DNA of 64,000 nt from Henriciella sp. (GTDB taxonomy: Bacteria; Pseudomonadota; Alphaproteobacteria; Caulobacterales; Hyphomonadaceae), in contig JABSPZ010000015.1 in the NCBI GenBank assembly GCA_013213785.1, positions 165-64,164 on the forward strand, read 5' to 3'. Below, piece by piece: positions 39,061 to 48,825 of this stretch; within the stretch, counting starts at the first letter, position 1, and every line of letters begins with the position of its first letter. The notes under the pieces are model-generated. The model was not told the DNA's origin. It worked only from the letters and a program-made list of their open reading frames with translations, and ran no database searches. The translations under genes and the position numbers were made by a program.

Positions 39061-40067
39061 GCTTCAAGCTCTTCGAACGGATAAATCTCAGTCGTCACCG
39101 TTGCCTGCCCCATAGCGCTGTAACGCGGTCCAGCAATCGCTTCTGGCGCAAAGTGCGCGTCGAGCGCAGCGACATCATCTGCGGACAAGACCACATCATT
39201 CGCTCCGAAATTGTCTTCTAAGTGCGTGAGATTCTTAGTGCCGGGGATTGAGACCACGCACTCATCTTTTGCGAGGCCCCACGCGATTGCAAGTTGTGGC
39301 AGGCTGCATCCAAGGCGCTTCGCCATGTCGAGCGCCATTGGGACCAGTTCCATATTCTTGGAAAAGTGCGGCTCCGCCAGGCGCGGGAAGAAACTCCGGC
39401 GCATATCACCTTCCCAATATGTCGACGGATCAAGTGGCTCCTGCGAGAACATACCCCGTCCCACAGGCGAGAAAGCAACCAAGGATGTTCCAAGCTCTTT
39501 ACAGGCCTCAATCACAGCGATCTCGGGGTTCCGGACAATCAGTGAGTATTCTGACTGCATCGCAGCGATGGGGTAAACGGCGGACGCTGTGCGCAACATA
39601 TCAGCCGACATTTCAGACAGGCCGATCGTCTTGATCTTCCCTTCTTGCACGAGCTCAGCAAGAGCCCCCACGGAATCTTCGAGCGGAACCTTCGCGTCTG
39701 GACGGTGCATGTAATAGAGGTCGATCACATCGGTTTGCAGGCGCTTCAAGCTGGCTTCGCACGCCGCTTTGATCTTTTCTGGGCGTGCATCCAGAACGCG
39801 CCGTCCATCCTCAACGCCGAGCACGCACTTGCTGGCCAATGTGAACTCGTCTCGTCGATGTTTCAGGAACTTGCCGATGCGTCGCTCGCTTTCGCCCATC
39901 CCGTAAATCGTCGCCGTGTCGAGGAAGTCATATCCGAGATCCAAGGCCCGATTGAGCAGCTTATCCGACTCCTCTTCGGGAATTGGCACATTATAGGCAT
40001 GCATCATGTTCATACAGCCAAGGCCAACCGGATTGACGCTAAACGGTCCGACGTTTCGATTTTGCAT
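39057..40067 (-). CDS. Aldo/keto reductase
   Basis: 336 aa. GLGCMNM..., FLDTATIYGMGESE and YYMHRPD are AKR signatures. Confidence 0.9.
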   Translation of the reverse strand: MQNRNVGPFSVNPVGLGCMNMMHAYNVPIPEEESDKLLNRALDLGYDFLDTATIYGMGESERRIGKFLKHRRDEFTLASKCVLGVEDGRRVLDARPEKIKAACEASLKRLQTDVIDLYYMHRPDAKVPLEDSVGALAELVQEGKIKTIGLSEMSADMLRTASAVYPIAAMQSEYSLIVRNPEIAVIEACKELGTSLVAFSPVGRGMFSQEPLDPSTYWEGDMRRSFFPRLAEPHFSKNMELVPMALDMAKRLGCSLPQLAIAWGLAKDECVVSIPGTKNLTHLEDNFGANDVVLSADDVAALDAHFAPEAIAGPRYSAMGQATVTTEIYPFEELEA

Positions 40068-40145
40068 TTAGGGAAGCTCCAAACGGGTTTTACGCATCTG
40101 GCCTAGCACGCGAAAATCCGTTCGTTAATCGGCACTTATCGAGAT

Positions 40146-40286
40146 TTATTTGCGTGATCGTTTTTCGCGCTGGCACCGCCCAGAGCAATAGACAATCTCG
40201 TCCCAATTGCGCTCCCATTTCTTGCGCCAATTGAAAGGGCGCTCGCAAACAGGGCAGATCTTGGACGGTAGGTTTTGCTTCTTCAT
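40146..40286 (-). CDS. 46-aa zinc-ribbon protein (DUF2256-like), not in the ORF track
   Basis: [46 protein letters not shown] has CxxC...CxxxC. Its ATG overlaps the photolyase TGA (ATGA). From memory, DUF2256 genes are commonly photolyase-linked. Confidence 0.7.
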   Translation of the reverse strand: MKKQNLPSKICPVCERPFNWRKKWERNWDEIVYCSGRCQREKRSRK

Positions 40287-41836
40287 CGAGGTGTCTCCTC
40301 TACTCCTAGCGGGAGCGAAAGCTGCGCATCAGGCGCTTTCTGTTTGCGCCGCGGTCCCCGCATTGGGATACCGGACTTACGGCTGCCATGCTTGTCTTGG
40401 ATCGCGCTGGCGGTCTTCCGAAAACTCTGTCCTTTGCGGATCGCCCAGACCTTTTGCCGGGCCTCTCGCGCTGCGTCTTGGTGATCGACGATCGGCATTG
40501 GATAAGCCTTGCCCAGCACACTTCCCGCCTCGTCCCATGTCCATGGCTCGTGGAGAAAGGTATCCGGCACCTCCGCAAGTTCCGGCAACCAGCGTCGAAT
40601 GAAAGCCCCGTCCGGATCCTGATCATGACCTTGCTTCACCGGATTGTAGATACGGATCGTATTGATTCCCGTCGTGCCGGACTGCATCTGAACCTGCGGC
40701 CAGTGAATGCCGGGCTCGTAGTCTGTGAACTTGCGCGCCAGATGTTCCCCAGGTTGGCGCCAATCAAGCCAGAGATGATAGCTCGACACCGCCATCAGCA
40801 TGGCGCGCATGCGGAAGTTCATCCAACCTGTCGCGTTGAGCGCGCGCATGCAGGCGTCCACGAAAGGCAGTCCCGTTTCGCCCTTGCTCCAAGCCGCCAG
40901 GCGAACAGCATCCGACTCACTCGGTCGAAGTCCGTTACAAGCAGCGTGCAAGTTGCGATATTCAAGTTGCGGTTCGTCTTCGAGCTTTTGGGTAAAATGA
41001 TCCCGCCAATGAAGGCGTCCCTGAAAAGACGACATAGATCCGCACCACCCGCCTTTGACGCCATCAAACTTCAATTGCCGCTGCCGCGCCCATCCGGCTT
41101 GCGCGGTCTCCCGCATGGAAAGCGAGCCCCAGGCCAAATGCGGAGAGAGCCGCGAGCAGTGTTCTGCCCCAGCAGCAGGGCTCGACATGGCTTTGCGATA
41201 AGGCGCCCCGCGGACATGGAGGAAACTCTCAAGCGTCGAGAGGCCCGACTCACGTCCACCTCGCTGACGGCCCGGGCATGGGTCTGGCGCGAGGCCTAAA
41301 TCCGCCGCGGTTGGAATCTCGCCGAGCGATAGATCTGCGATCGGCTCTAACCCTCGCGGCGCCTCCGTCTCGGGTTCGGCCATAAAAGCATCCCAGCGCT
41401 TGGCCCAGCCATTGCGGCTCTTCAAGCGTCTGATCACGCCCGCTTGGCGAACCTCTGTCCAAGTTACGCCTGTTTGGTTTGCCCAAGCCGCAACTTTCAG
41501 GTCACGCGCATAGGTCCAGCCATTGCCGGTTTCCTCGTGCGACCAAAGCGCAATCTCTCCGAATTTGCGACGGGCGCGCTCTAGGATTTCAATGACATCG
41601 CCGACGCGGACAACAAGCGCCTGGCCGAGCGATGCCAGCTCGCAGCGGAGCTCGGTCAAACTCTCCTCAACAAAGGCCCACTGGCGCGCGGCGTAATCGG
41701 GCTGCTGCCACAGTTCAGGCTCCGCGATAAAGAGCGGCAAAACAGGGCCCTGCCGCGCCGCCATGACCAAAGCACGATGGTCATGCACCCTCAGGTCCCG
41801 CTTGAACCACACGATTTGAATCGGCCTCGAACTCAT
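40283..41836 (-). CDS. Cryptochrome/deoxyribodipyrimidine photolyase family protein with a basic C-terminal extension
   Basis: [17 protein letters not shown]-terminus. FAD-binding domain blocks are [37 protein letters not shown] and [24 protein letters not shown]. Confidence 0.88.
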   Translation of the reverse strand: MSSRPIQIVWFKRDLRVHDHRALVMAARQGPVLPLFIAEPELWQQPDYAARQWAFVEESLTELRCELASLGQALVVRVGDVIEILERARRKFGEIALWSHEETGNGWTYARDLKVAAWANQTGVTWTEVRQAGVIRRLKSRNGWAKRWDAFMAEPETEAPRGLEPIADLSLGEIPTAADLGLAPDPCPGRQRGGRESGLSTLESFLHVRGAPYRKAMSSPAAGAEHCSRLSPHLAWGSLSMRETAQAGWARQRQLKFDGVKGGWCGSMSSFQGRLHWRDHFTQKLEDEPQLEYRNLHAACNGLRPSESDAVRLAAWSKGETGLPFVDACMRALNATGWMNFRMRAMLMAVSSYHLWLDWRQPGEHLARKFTDYEPGIHWPQVQMQSGTTGINTIRIYNPVKQGHDQDPDGAFIRRWLPELAEVPDTFLHEPWTWDEAGSVLGKAYPMPIVDHQDAAREARQKVWAIRKGQSFRKTASAIQDKHGSRKSGIPMRGPRRKQKAPDAQLSLPLGVEETPR

Positions 41837-41919
41837 GCCCGATGAGATAGATCGCTTGGATGGATCTACGAGCTAAAACAACCGCGCCGAGCCAAGTGCT
41901 ATAAGAGAGCAACCGCGCC

Positions 41920-43119
41920 CTATTTCACCCAAGCGCCCGGTGCGTTGGTGCGATAACCCAGCGACTGATAGGCCGCATCGACCACGCTCTGCCCGCGTTC
42001 GTTCAAGAGCAGCCCCGGCCCCATCTGATTCATGGTGTAGCTAAAGGCCAGCCCGCAATCAGGATCCGCAAACCCAATCGACCCGCCGGCGCCAACATGG
42101 CCGAAGGCCGCCTCGCCCATGATCGCGCTCTTTTGGTCACCTTGCGGATAAGCGCGATTGTCCATCGACTTCATGAAGCCTGAGGCAAACCTGGATGGCA
42201 GCAAGAGCGTCGCATCAATCCCCGACGCCGTGGTCACCCGGGTCATCGCCGCCAAACGATCAGCAGAAACCAGCGAGCCATCATTCGTCGCGAGCGGCGT
42301 ATACCATGCCACCTGACCACGGGCATTCGCGATCCCGCCTGCCCCGCCAATCTCCGCTTTGTGCGCCACCGGATCATTCATGTTCCAGCCGCCCGTATTC
42401 AGGAAAGACAGGGATTGAAGCGATTGTGGTTCGGTAAGCAGCTTGATCGTAAACGCGGTTGGCTCGTCGCCCTCTTTCGGCTCGTAAAGTCGGATCGGCG
42501 CGATGGGCTTCGAGAAATCATCCGGCACACCGATCCAGAAATCTGCGCCGGTTTTGCTCGCCACTTCATCCGCGAAAAACAGACCGAGCGATTTGCCAGA
42601 AACGCGTCGGACCAGTTCACCAACCGTCCAACCGAAATTGATCATGTGATAGCCGTTGCGGGTTCCTGGTTCCCACCAGGCCTCTTCGTCTTCCATGCGG
42701 GAGATCATATAGTCCCAATCGAAGAAGCCACCTTCGCGGACCGGGTCGCGCAATGCGGGCACGGCGCTTTCATGGTTCAGCATCATCTGAACCGTGGTTT
42801 CCTCTTTGCCATTCTTGGCAAAGCCCGGCCAATAGTCTGACACCAGTGCCGCCGGATTCAGGTCCCCCCGATCGATCAGGATGTGCGCGCATAGTGCCGT
42901 CGCCGCCTTCGTGCAGGAAAATACAATGGAAACGGTGTCCTCTTGCCAGGCCTCTCCCGTGTCCGGGTTCGCCATTCCGCCCCATAGATCGACCTTGGTC
43001 TCGCCATTCACGCTCAGGCAAACAGAGGCCCCAACTTCTCCGCGCTCTGCAAAATTACGCTCAAATTCTTCGCGGACGCGCTCAAATTGTGGATCGCAGT
43101 GACCTTGCACCTGGCTCAT
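41920..43119 (-). CDS. Serine hydrolase (class C beta-lactamase/esterase family)
   Basis: 399 aa. The SxxK motif is in IVFSCTKAATAL. General EstA/AmpC-like architecture. Confidence 0.85.
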   Translation of the reverse strand: MSQVQGHCDPQFERVREEFERNFAERGEVGASVCLSVNGETKVDLWGGMANPDTGEAWQEDTVSIVFSCTKAATALCAHILIDRGDLNPAALVSDYWPGFAKNGKEETTVQMMLNHESAVPALRDPVREGGFFDWDYMISRMEDEEAWWEPGTRNGYHMINFGWTVGELVRRVSGKSLGLFFADEVASKTGADFWIGVPDDFSKPIAPIRLYEPKEGDEPTAFTIKLLTEPQSLQSLSFLNTGGWNMNDPVAHKAEIGGAGGIANARGQVAWYTPLATNDGSLVSADRLAAMTRVTTASGIDATLLLPSRFASGFMKSMDNRAYPQGDQKSAIMGEAAFGHVGAGGSIGFADPDCGLAFSYTMNQMGPGLLLNERGQSVVDAAYQSLGYRTNAPGAWVK

Positions 43120-43216
43120 GGCTTAGCTCCTCCTATATATGCAGCTCATAGAAGCAGGGTTTCGGGCGCGGCGCGAGGCTGACTTTGGGGCACGCAGCCC
43201 GCGCGAGGGGCCGATC

Positions 43217-44626
43217 ATGGCAAATAAGCAAGCAATCTTTCTTGAAGGCAATTTGCTGCGCCACATCATTATCATGGCGTCGTCGGCGAGCATTGGATTG
43301 GTCTCAATCTTCCTGGTGGATTTCGCCGACTTGCTCTTCATTTCCATGCTGGGTGAATCAGAGCTCGCAGCCGCAGTTGGGTTCGCGGGCACTGTTCTCT
43401 TCTTCACTTTCTCAGTCTCGATCGGGATGACGATTGCGACCAGCGCCTTGGTCGCGCAAAGGCTGGGCCAAGGCGACCCCGTGGAAGCGCGCAAGATCGC
43501 CACCAGCGTTATCCTGTTTGGGATTGGGATAACGAGCCTGCTGGCCTTGATTTGCTGGATCTACGCGCCGAGCCTGCTCGGCCTGATCGGGGCGCAAGGC
43601 TACACGCAAGATATGGGCGTGCGCTATTTCCGGATCGTCGTCGCGGCGATGCCGATCGCTGCAGTTGGAATGATGGCGAGCGGGATCTTGCGGGCGCATG
43701 GCGACGCACGCCGCGCAATGACGGTGACCCTCGTGGCCGGCGGCGTGAACGCGGTCTTGGATCCGATCCTAATCTTTGGTGTCGGGCTGGGGCTTGAGGG
43801 TGCGGCCTATGCCTCCGTTGCCGCTCGCTTTGCCACGCTCGCCACGGCGCTCTACCCGATTTTCAAACATTATGGCGGCTTCGCGAAAGTTGACCTGCCG
43901 CGGTTCAGGACGGATCTGAAACCGATCATCGCGATCGCCGCCCCGGCTATGTTGACCAACGTGGCGACCCCGATTGGGAATGGGTTTGTGACGCGTACGA
44001 TCTCTGAGTTTGGGGACGCTGCCGTCGCCGCCATGGCCGTGACCGGGCGGCTGGCGCCGCTCGCCTTCTGTGTGATCTTTGCCCTCTCCGGCGCGGTCGG
44101 TCCGATCATTGGCCAGAATTTTGGCGCCAAACAGTTCGGGCGCGTGCGGGGTACCCTCATCAAGGCAGTGCAGTTCACCGCGATCTATGTCGCCGTGATG
44201 TGGGCAATCTTGATGCTGGCGCACGGCTTCATTTCAGACAGCTTCCAGCTTAGCGAAGAAGGCGCGAACATTGTCTTTTGGTTCGCGCTCGTGGTCGCGC
44301 CGCTCTTCCTCTTCAACGGGACGCTGTTCGTCTCAAACGCCGCGTTCAATAATTTGCGCAGGCCGCTTTTCTCGACTTTCCTGAACTGGGGCAAGAACAC
44401 GATTGGGGTCGTGCCTTTCATTGCGGTCGGGGCGGCGATGGGCGGCGCGCCCGGTGTTTTGATCGGCCAAGCGGTTGGCGGCGTGCTGTTTGGAATTGTC
44501 GGCTTCTGGCTCGCCTACCGACTCGTGGGCCGATATGAGAGCGGCAAATCAGACCCGGATAAGGGCATGAAATTCCCCCTCATGCGTCGCCGCGCGGAAG
44601 CGCCATTTAACTCGCCGCGAAGCTAA
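43217..44626 (+). CDS. MATE-family efflux transporter
   Basis: About 12 hydrophobic helices. MATE-like blocks include AQRLGQGD and LRAHGDARRAM. Start moved to ATG 43217 (GAGGGG SD). Confidence 0.85.
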   Translation: MANKQAIFLEGNLLRHIIIMASSASIGLVSIFLVDFADLLFISMLGESELAAAVGFAGTVLFFTFSVSIGMTIATSALVAQRLGQGDPVEARKIATSVILFGIGITSLLALICWIYAPSLLGLIGAQGYTQDMGVRYFRIVVAAMPIAAVGMMASGILRAHGDARRAMTVTLVAGGVNAVLDPILIFGVGLGLEGAAYASVAARFATLATALYPIFKHYGGFAKVDLPRFRTDLKPIIAIAAPAMLTNVATPIGNGFVTRTISEFGDAAVAAMAVTGRLAPLAFCVIFALSGAVGPIIGQNFGAKQFGRVRGTLIKAVQFTAIYVAVMWAILMLAHGFISDSFQLSEEGANIVFWFALVVAPLFLFNGTLFVSNAAFNNLRRPLFSTFLNWGKNTIGVVPFIAVGAAMGGAPGVLIGQAVGGVLFGIVGFWLAYRLVGRYESGKSDPDKGMKFPLMRRRAEAPFNSPRS

Positions 44627-44838
44627 AATCGTCCCAACTAAAGAGTACATTTAAGCCCTTAATTGTTTGCACTAGTATACAAAATCCTAACGGCTACAAA
44701 TACATTTTACTCAAGTAAATATGAGACACCAGAACAGTGACCGCATGAAAGAGGCATGCAATTTATTTCCTTCAACTTGGAGAGGCGGCGCACATGGAGA
44801 TTCCCTCCGGCTTTGCCGTCATATTGAGGGAGTATCTC

Positions 44839-46834
44839 ATGTTGAAGAAACTTATGAGTGCGACGGCATTAGGCGTCGTTTTAACCGCAGGTGCCGGGAT
44901 GACGGCGCATGGGCAAGTGGTTCCTATTCCTAGTCCCGGTCCCGAGAGTCCCAATGCAGGTCCTGATTGTGCGGAGCCAGGTCCATTCCAGGTCGTTGAT
45001 GAACTCGGCGACCCAAGAGGAGGACTGATTGATGATTCGTTCGAATGCGGCACAGGAGCCGACGCGAGAGCCGCTAACTCAACCGCAATTGGGCGAAATG
45101 CGAAAGCGTTTGCACAAAGCTCCACTGCGGTAGGCGATAGCGCGAGCGCGCTCGGTGAAGGTGCAGATGCAGTCGCAGAAAACTCAACCGCGGTCGGTCA
45201 AAACGCTTTCGTCGATGAACTTGCCGAAGACAGTACAGCGATCGGCCAGAACGCGCGGATTGAAAGCGTTGTCGACGACCCTAACACAGATGAAGATGAA
45301 AGCACTAATTCTGAGAATAGCACAGCGGTTGGCGGTGGAACTTTGATCCAGGGTGACGAATCTACCGCGGTCGGCCAGAACGCCGAGATTATTGGCAACA
45401 GAAGCACGGCTCTCGGGCAAAGTGCATACGTCGTGGGTGATCAATCAACTGCCGTTGGTGAGGATGCTGAAGCCCTTGCGGATGACGGCCTTCTCGACAG
45501 CTGTCGGTCAAAACGCAACCGTTCGATCAGTCGAGGATAACCCAGATACGCCGGATGTAGATGAGTGTAATCCGTCCGTAGCTGGTACAGCGATCGGCGA
45601 GGACTCTTTGGTTCAAGGCACAGGTAGCGTCGCAGTTGGCGTCGAAGCAGAAGCTCTTTCGGACTTTTCCCTAGCACTTGGCGCGAGTGCGACGGCATCG
45701 GGGTTGAGCTCAACAGCCTTGGGAGAAGCCTCTAGCGCTCTTGGAGAAGAATCCCTCGCAGTCGGTCAGTTTGCACAAGCAACTGAAGAAGAAGTAACAG
45801 CCATTGGCGCCACGTCTCAAGCGACTGGGCAGGAATCGCTGGCCGTCGGCTCAGGCGCCGACGCTCTCGCCGAGAACGCGACTGCTATTGGGCAAAGCGC
45901 AAATGCAGATGGTTTAAGCGCCACTGCATTGGGTGAGAATACAGAAGCGAACGGCGAACAATCAACTGCCCTCGGACAGGGAGCGGTTGCCGCGTTTAAC
46001 TTCTCAACCGCTATCGGCAGTTCGGCAGAAACGCTTTTCGAAAATCAATTCATGTTCGGGACCGCGAGCAGTATTTATACGATGCCGCGAATTACGTCTG
46101 ATGCCTCACGCGAGGCTCAGTCTGGCCCACTCTCGCCTATTTACACCGATGCTGCGGGAAATCTCGCGAGTGATGGTGGAAGCACTTTGAACCAAATTCG
46201 ATCTGACTTTAATGCAAACTCTGGTGGAATTTCCGATTTGAGAGCTCTTTTGAATTCTCTTCCAACTGAGCCAACAGAGCCGACCACTCCAACTGATCCG
46301 ACAACGCCTACAACTCCCACGACCCCGACCGATCAAGACAAAGCGATCGCGGACAATACGACCCTGATCGCTGGCAACACAGCGGCGATTGGCGCGAACA
46401 CGCAGGAGATTGAGAGTGTCAAAACCCTCTCAAACGAAAATCAGGAACGTGTGGCGCGGGCCGAGGCGACATTTGAAGCTAATAGCGCTGCAGTTCGCAA
46501 AAACACGCAGCAAGTGAGCCTCATGAACTCTCGTTTCGAAGCGATTGGTCTGCAGCTTGATGCGCTCGGGCAGCAAGTCTCAAGCAATACTGAGCAGATC
46601 CAAGAGAATACGGCTGGTATCTCCATCGCGAACGCCATGGCTGGTACGTCTTGGCTGCAAGCGAATGAGACGCACGCCTTCACCGCGAACTGGGGTTATT
46701 ACAATAATTCCAACGCCTTCGCGCTCAGCGCGACGCAGCGCCTCGACAAGAATTGGTCTGCGAATATGGGCATTGGTGTCTCAACTGATGAAGGCAAAGT
46801 CGGCGCCCGCGCTGGCCTCCGATATGGTTGGTAA
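44839..46834 (+). pseudogene. Trimeric autotransporter adhesin (YadA-like) interrupted by an apparent 1-nt frameshift near 45487
   Basis: Signal peptide MLKKLMSATALGVVLTAGAGMTAHG with a GAGGGAG SD. Many xSTAxGxxA head repeats occur in frame 1 up to ~45486 and continue in frame 2 from ~45488. Coiled-coil stalk, TEPT/PTTP linker, and a YadA-type anchor ...AGISIANAMAG...GARAGLRYGW. Confidence 0.75.
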
Positions 46835-46846
46835 TCCCAATCGCAA

Positions 46847-46875
46847 AAGCGCTGGGGTCTCCGCCCAGCGCTTTT
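46847..46875 (+). terminator. Intrinsic terminator after the adhesin gene
   Basis: GCGCTGGG / CCCAGCGC stem with a 7-nt loop, then TTTT. Confidence 0.7.
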
Positions 46876-46893
46876 AAACCCTCCAAAATGAAG

Positions 46894-46927
46894 AAGGCCG
46901 CCTCTGGAGAGAAAGAGGCGGCCTTTT
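46894..46927. terminator. Second, bidirectional hairpin between the adhesin gene and the convergent small ORF
   Basis: 12-bp perfect stem AAGGCCGCCTCT / AGAGGCGGCCTT with an 8-nt loop and T-runs on both strands. Confidence 0.6.
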
Positions 46928-46947
46928 CTATACGCGGTCTATGAACC

Positions 46948-47151
46948 TTAGTGGCGGCGGCTCAAACGAGCGCGACGCCGACGTCGCTTGTCCAACATGG
47001 TTGAGCCTGACTCCTCGTGGGTTTCGGGAGCTGGGGCTTCGATTTCGGCAATCGGTTTCGCGATATAGATCGCATTGATTTCAGTTGCCGGGAGGGTGTT
47101 GCGAGGCACCGCGATTTGGGCTGGCTCTGTTTCGCGGACTTGCGGGTTCAT
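46948..47151 (-). CDS. Candidate small protein (67 aa) with a poly-Arg C-terminus
   Basis: An AAGGA-type SD lies 8 nt upstream of the ATG. MNPQVRETEP...DKRRRRRARLSRRH. No family recognised, and it could be spurious. Confidence 0.3.
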   Translation of the reverse strand: MNPQVRETEPAQIAVPRNTLPATEINAIYIAKPIAEIEAPAPETHEESGSTMLDKRRRRRARLSRRH

Positions 47152-47476
47152 TGTGTTATTCCTTCGTATATTCAGGGAATTAGCCTGATCGACGGGGGTT
47201 GAAGCTGTTTGTTTGTTGCCGTCGATGAAAGGTAATTGGGAAAGCTCTTATTGTTTTTCAATAAGTACATATCGTTTTTCGGCAATTTTTTTGAAAATCG
47301 TTTAAATACAATCACATAGAGACGCACATTTTTCTCTGTAAACGTGTGATCCGCAATGATCCACCTCCTTTCACGCTTAAAATTCGGCGCGCCCCACTGG
47401 TAAGTTGCCTTAGAATGATCAATCCTAATCGAAAGGTGCAGCCGTCCACGAAGGCGGGTCTAGCTGGGAGGCCATT

Positions 47477-48754
47477 ATGAAACGAGAGATTGATCTGGAT
47501 CTAAAGCAACGGGCGCAGAAAGTTCTGCCAAATGGCATGTATGGGCATGAGTCCACCCTCCTGCTTCCACAGAGCTATCCTCAATTCTTCAGCAAAGCCG
47601 AGGGCGCCTATTTATGGGACGCTGACGGAAACAAATATCTCGACTTCATGTGCGCCTATGGACCGAACGTGCTGGGCTATGCAGACGCGCGCATCAATGA
47701 AGTGGCGGTCGCGCAGCTCGAAAAAGGCGACGCGATGACTGGCCCCTCTCCCGCCATGGTCGAACTTGCAGAGGTGATGACGGACATGGTCAGTCATGCG
47801 GACTGGGCGATGTTCTGTAAGAATGGGACTGACGCGACCACAATGGCGAAAACCATAGCACGGGCGCAGACAAGCAAACGCATCATCCTCGTCGCGGCTG
47901 GCGCCTATCACGGCGCTGCGCCTTGGTGCACTCCAATGCCGTCTGGCGTAATCGACGAAGATCGCGCCCACATTCAAATGTATGACTATAATAGCGTGAA
48001 GAGCCTCGAAGCGGCGGTCGCTGAGGCCGGCGATGATCTTGCCGGCGTGTTTGCAACCCCATTCAAACATGACGCGTTCACCGATCAAGCTTTGCCAGAC
48101 CCGGCTTATGCGAAGCGGGCCCGCGAGCTCTGCGATCAAACGGGTGCCCTTCTGATTGTTGATGACATTCGAGCTGGGTTCCGCCTGACCCGCGATTGCA
48201 GCTGGGAGCTGATCGGCGTGCGGCCAGACCTCAGCACGTGGGGGAAGAGTTTCGCGAACGGCCTGCCCATTTCAGCTTTACTAGGCTCAAACAGTACGCG
48301 GGAAGGCGCAGGATCGATTTACGCGACCGGATCGTTTTGGTTCTCAGCCGTACCGATGGTGGCGGCGCTTAAAACGCTGCAGATCCTGAGGGAGTCCGAT
48401 TATCTCGAACATATGATCGCGCTTGGGGAGCAGCTTCGCGCCGGACTGCAAAGCGCAGCCGACGAAGCCGGGATGGGGTTTCGACAAACAGGCCCCGTTC
48501 AGATGCCGCTCTTCTTGTTCGACGACGATCCTGATTTTCGAACGGGGTTTGCGTGGTCGGAGGCCATGCTTAGGCGCGGGATCTACGTCCACCCTTGGCA
48601 TAATATGTTCCTATGCCAAGCGATGACCGAGGCCGACATCGATCTGACCATCGCGGCTGCGCGTGAGGCGTTCGCGGAGGTGAAGCAAGCTCGCACATCG
48701 CTAGAGCCGCACCCCGTCGTCGCGGCCATGTTCGCTAGCATGGCGGCTGAGTAA
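47477..48754 (+). CDS. Class III pyridoxal-phosphate aminotransferase (glutamate-1-semialdehyde aminomutase-like)
   Basis: 425 aa. Blocks are YLWDADGNKYLDF, LIVDDIRAGFR and DLSTWGKSFANG (PLP lysine context). Confidence 0.88.
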   Translation: MKREIDLDLKQRAQKVLPNGMYGHESTLLLPQSYPQFFSKAEGAYLWDADGNKYLDFMCAYGPNVLGYADARINEVAVAQLEKGDAMTGPSPAMVELAEVMTDMVSHADWAMFCKNGTDATTMAKTIARAQTSKRIILVAAGAYHGAAPWCTPMPSGVIDEDRAHIQMYDYNSVKSLEAAVAEAGDDLAGVFATPFKHDAFTDQALPDPAYAKRARELCDQTGALLIVDDIRAGFRLTRDCSWELIGVRPDLSTWGKSFANGLPISALLGSNSTREGAGSIYATGSFWFSAVPMVAALKTLQILRESDYLEHMIALGEQLRAGLQSAADEAGMGFRQTGPVQMPLFLFDDDPDFRTGFAWSEAMLRRGIYVHPWHNMFLCQAMTEADIDLTIAAAREAFAEVKQARTSLEPHPVVAAMFASMAAE

Positions 48755-48765
48755 GCAGCCTGCAA

Positions 48766-48800
48766 AGAAAATGGGGCAACCAACCGGCTGCCCCATTTAT
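48766..48800. terminator. Hairpin between the convergent aminotransferase and TonB-dependent receptor genes
   Basis: ATGGGGCA / TGCCCCAT stem flanked by an A-run and TTT. Confidence 0.5.
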
Positions 48801-48825
48801 AAGGCGATGAAATTTTAGATTAGAT

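Noticed and set aside
40388-41299. 303-aa plus-strand ORF antisense to the photolyase gene, plus the ORFs at 40207..40602 and 40275..40484.
   Set aside because: They overlap a photolyase gene with clear family motifs, and their products are Arg/Pro/Ser-rich without motifs.
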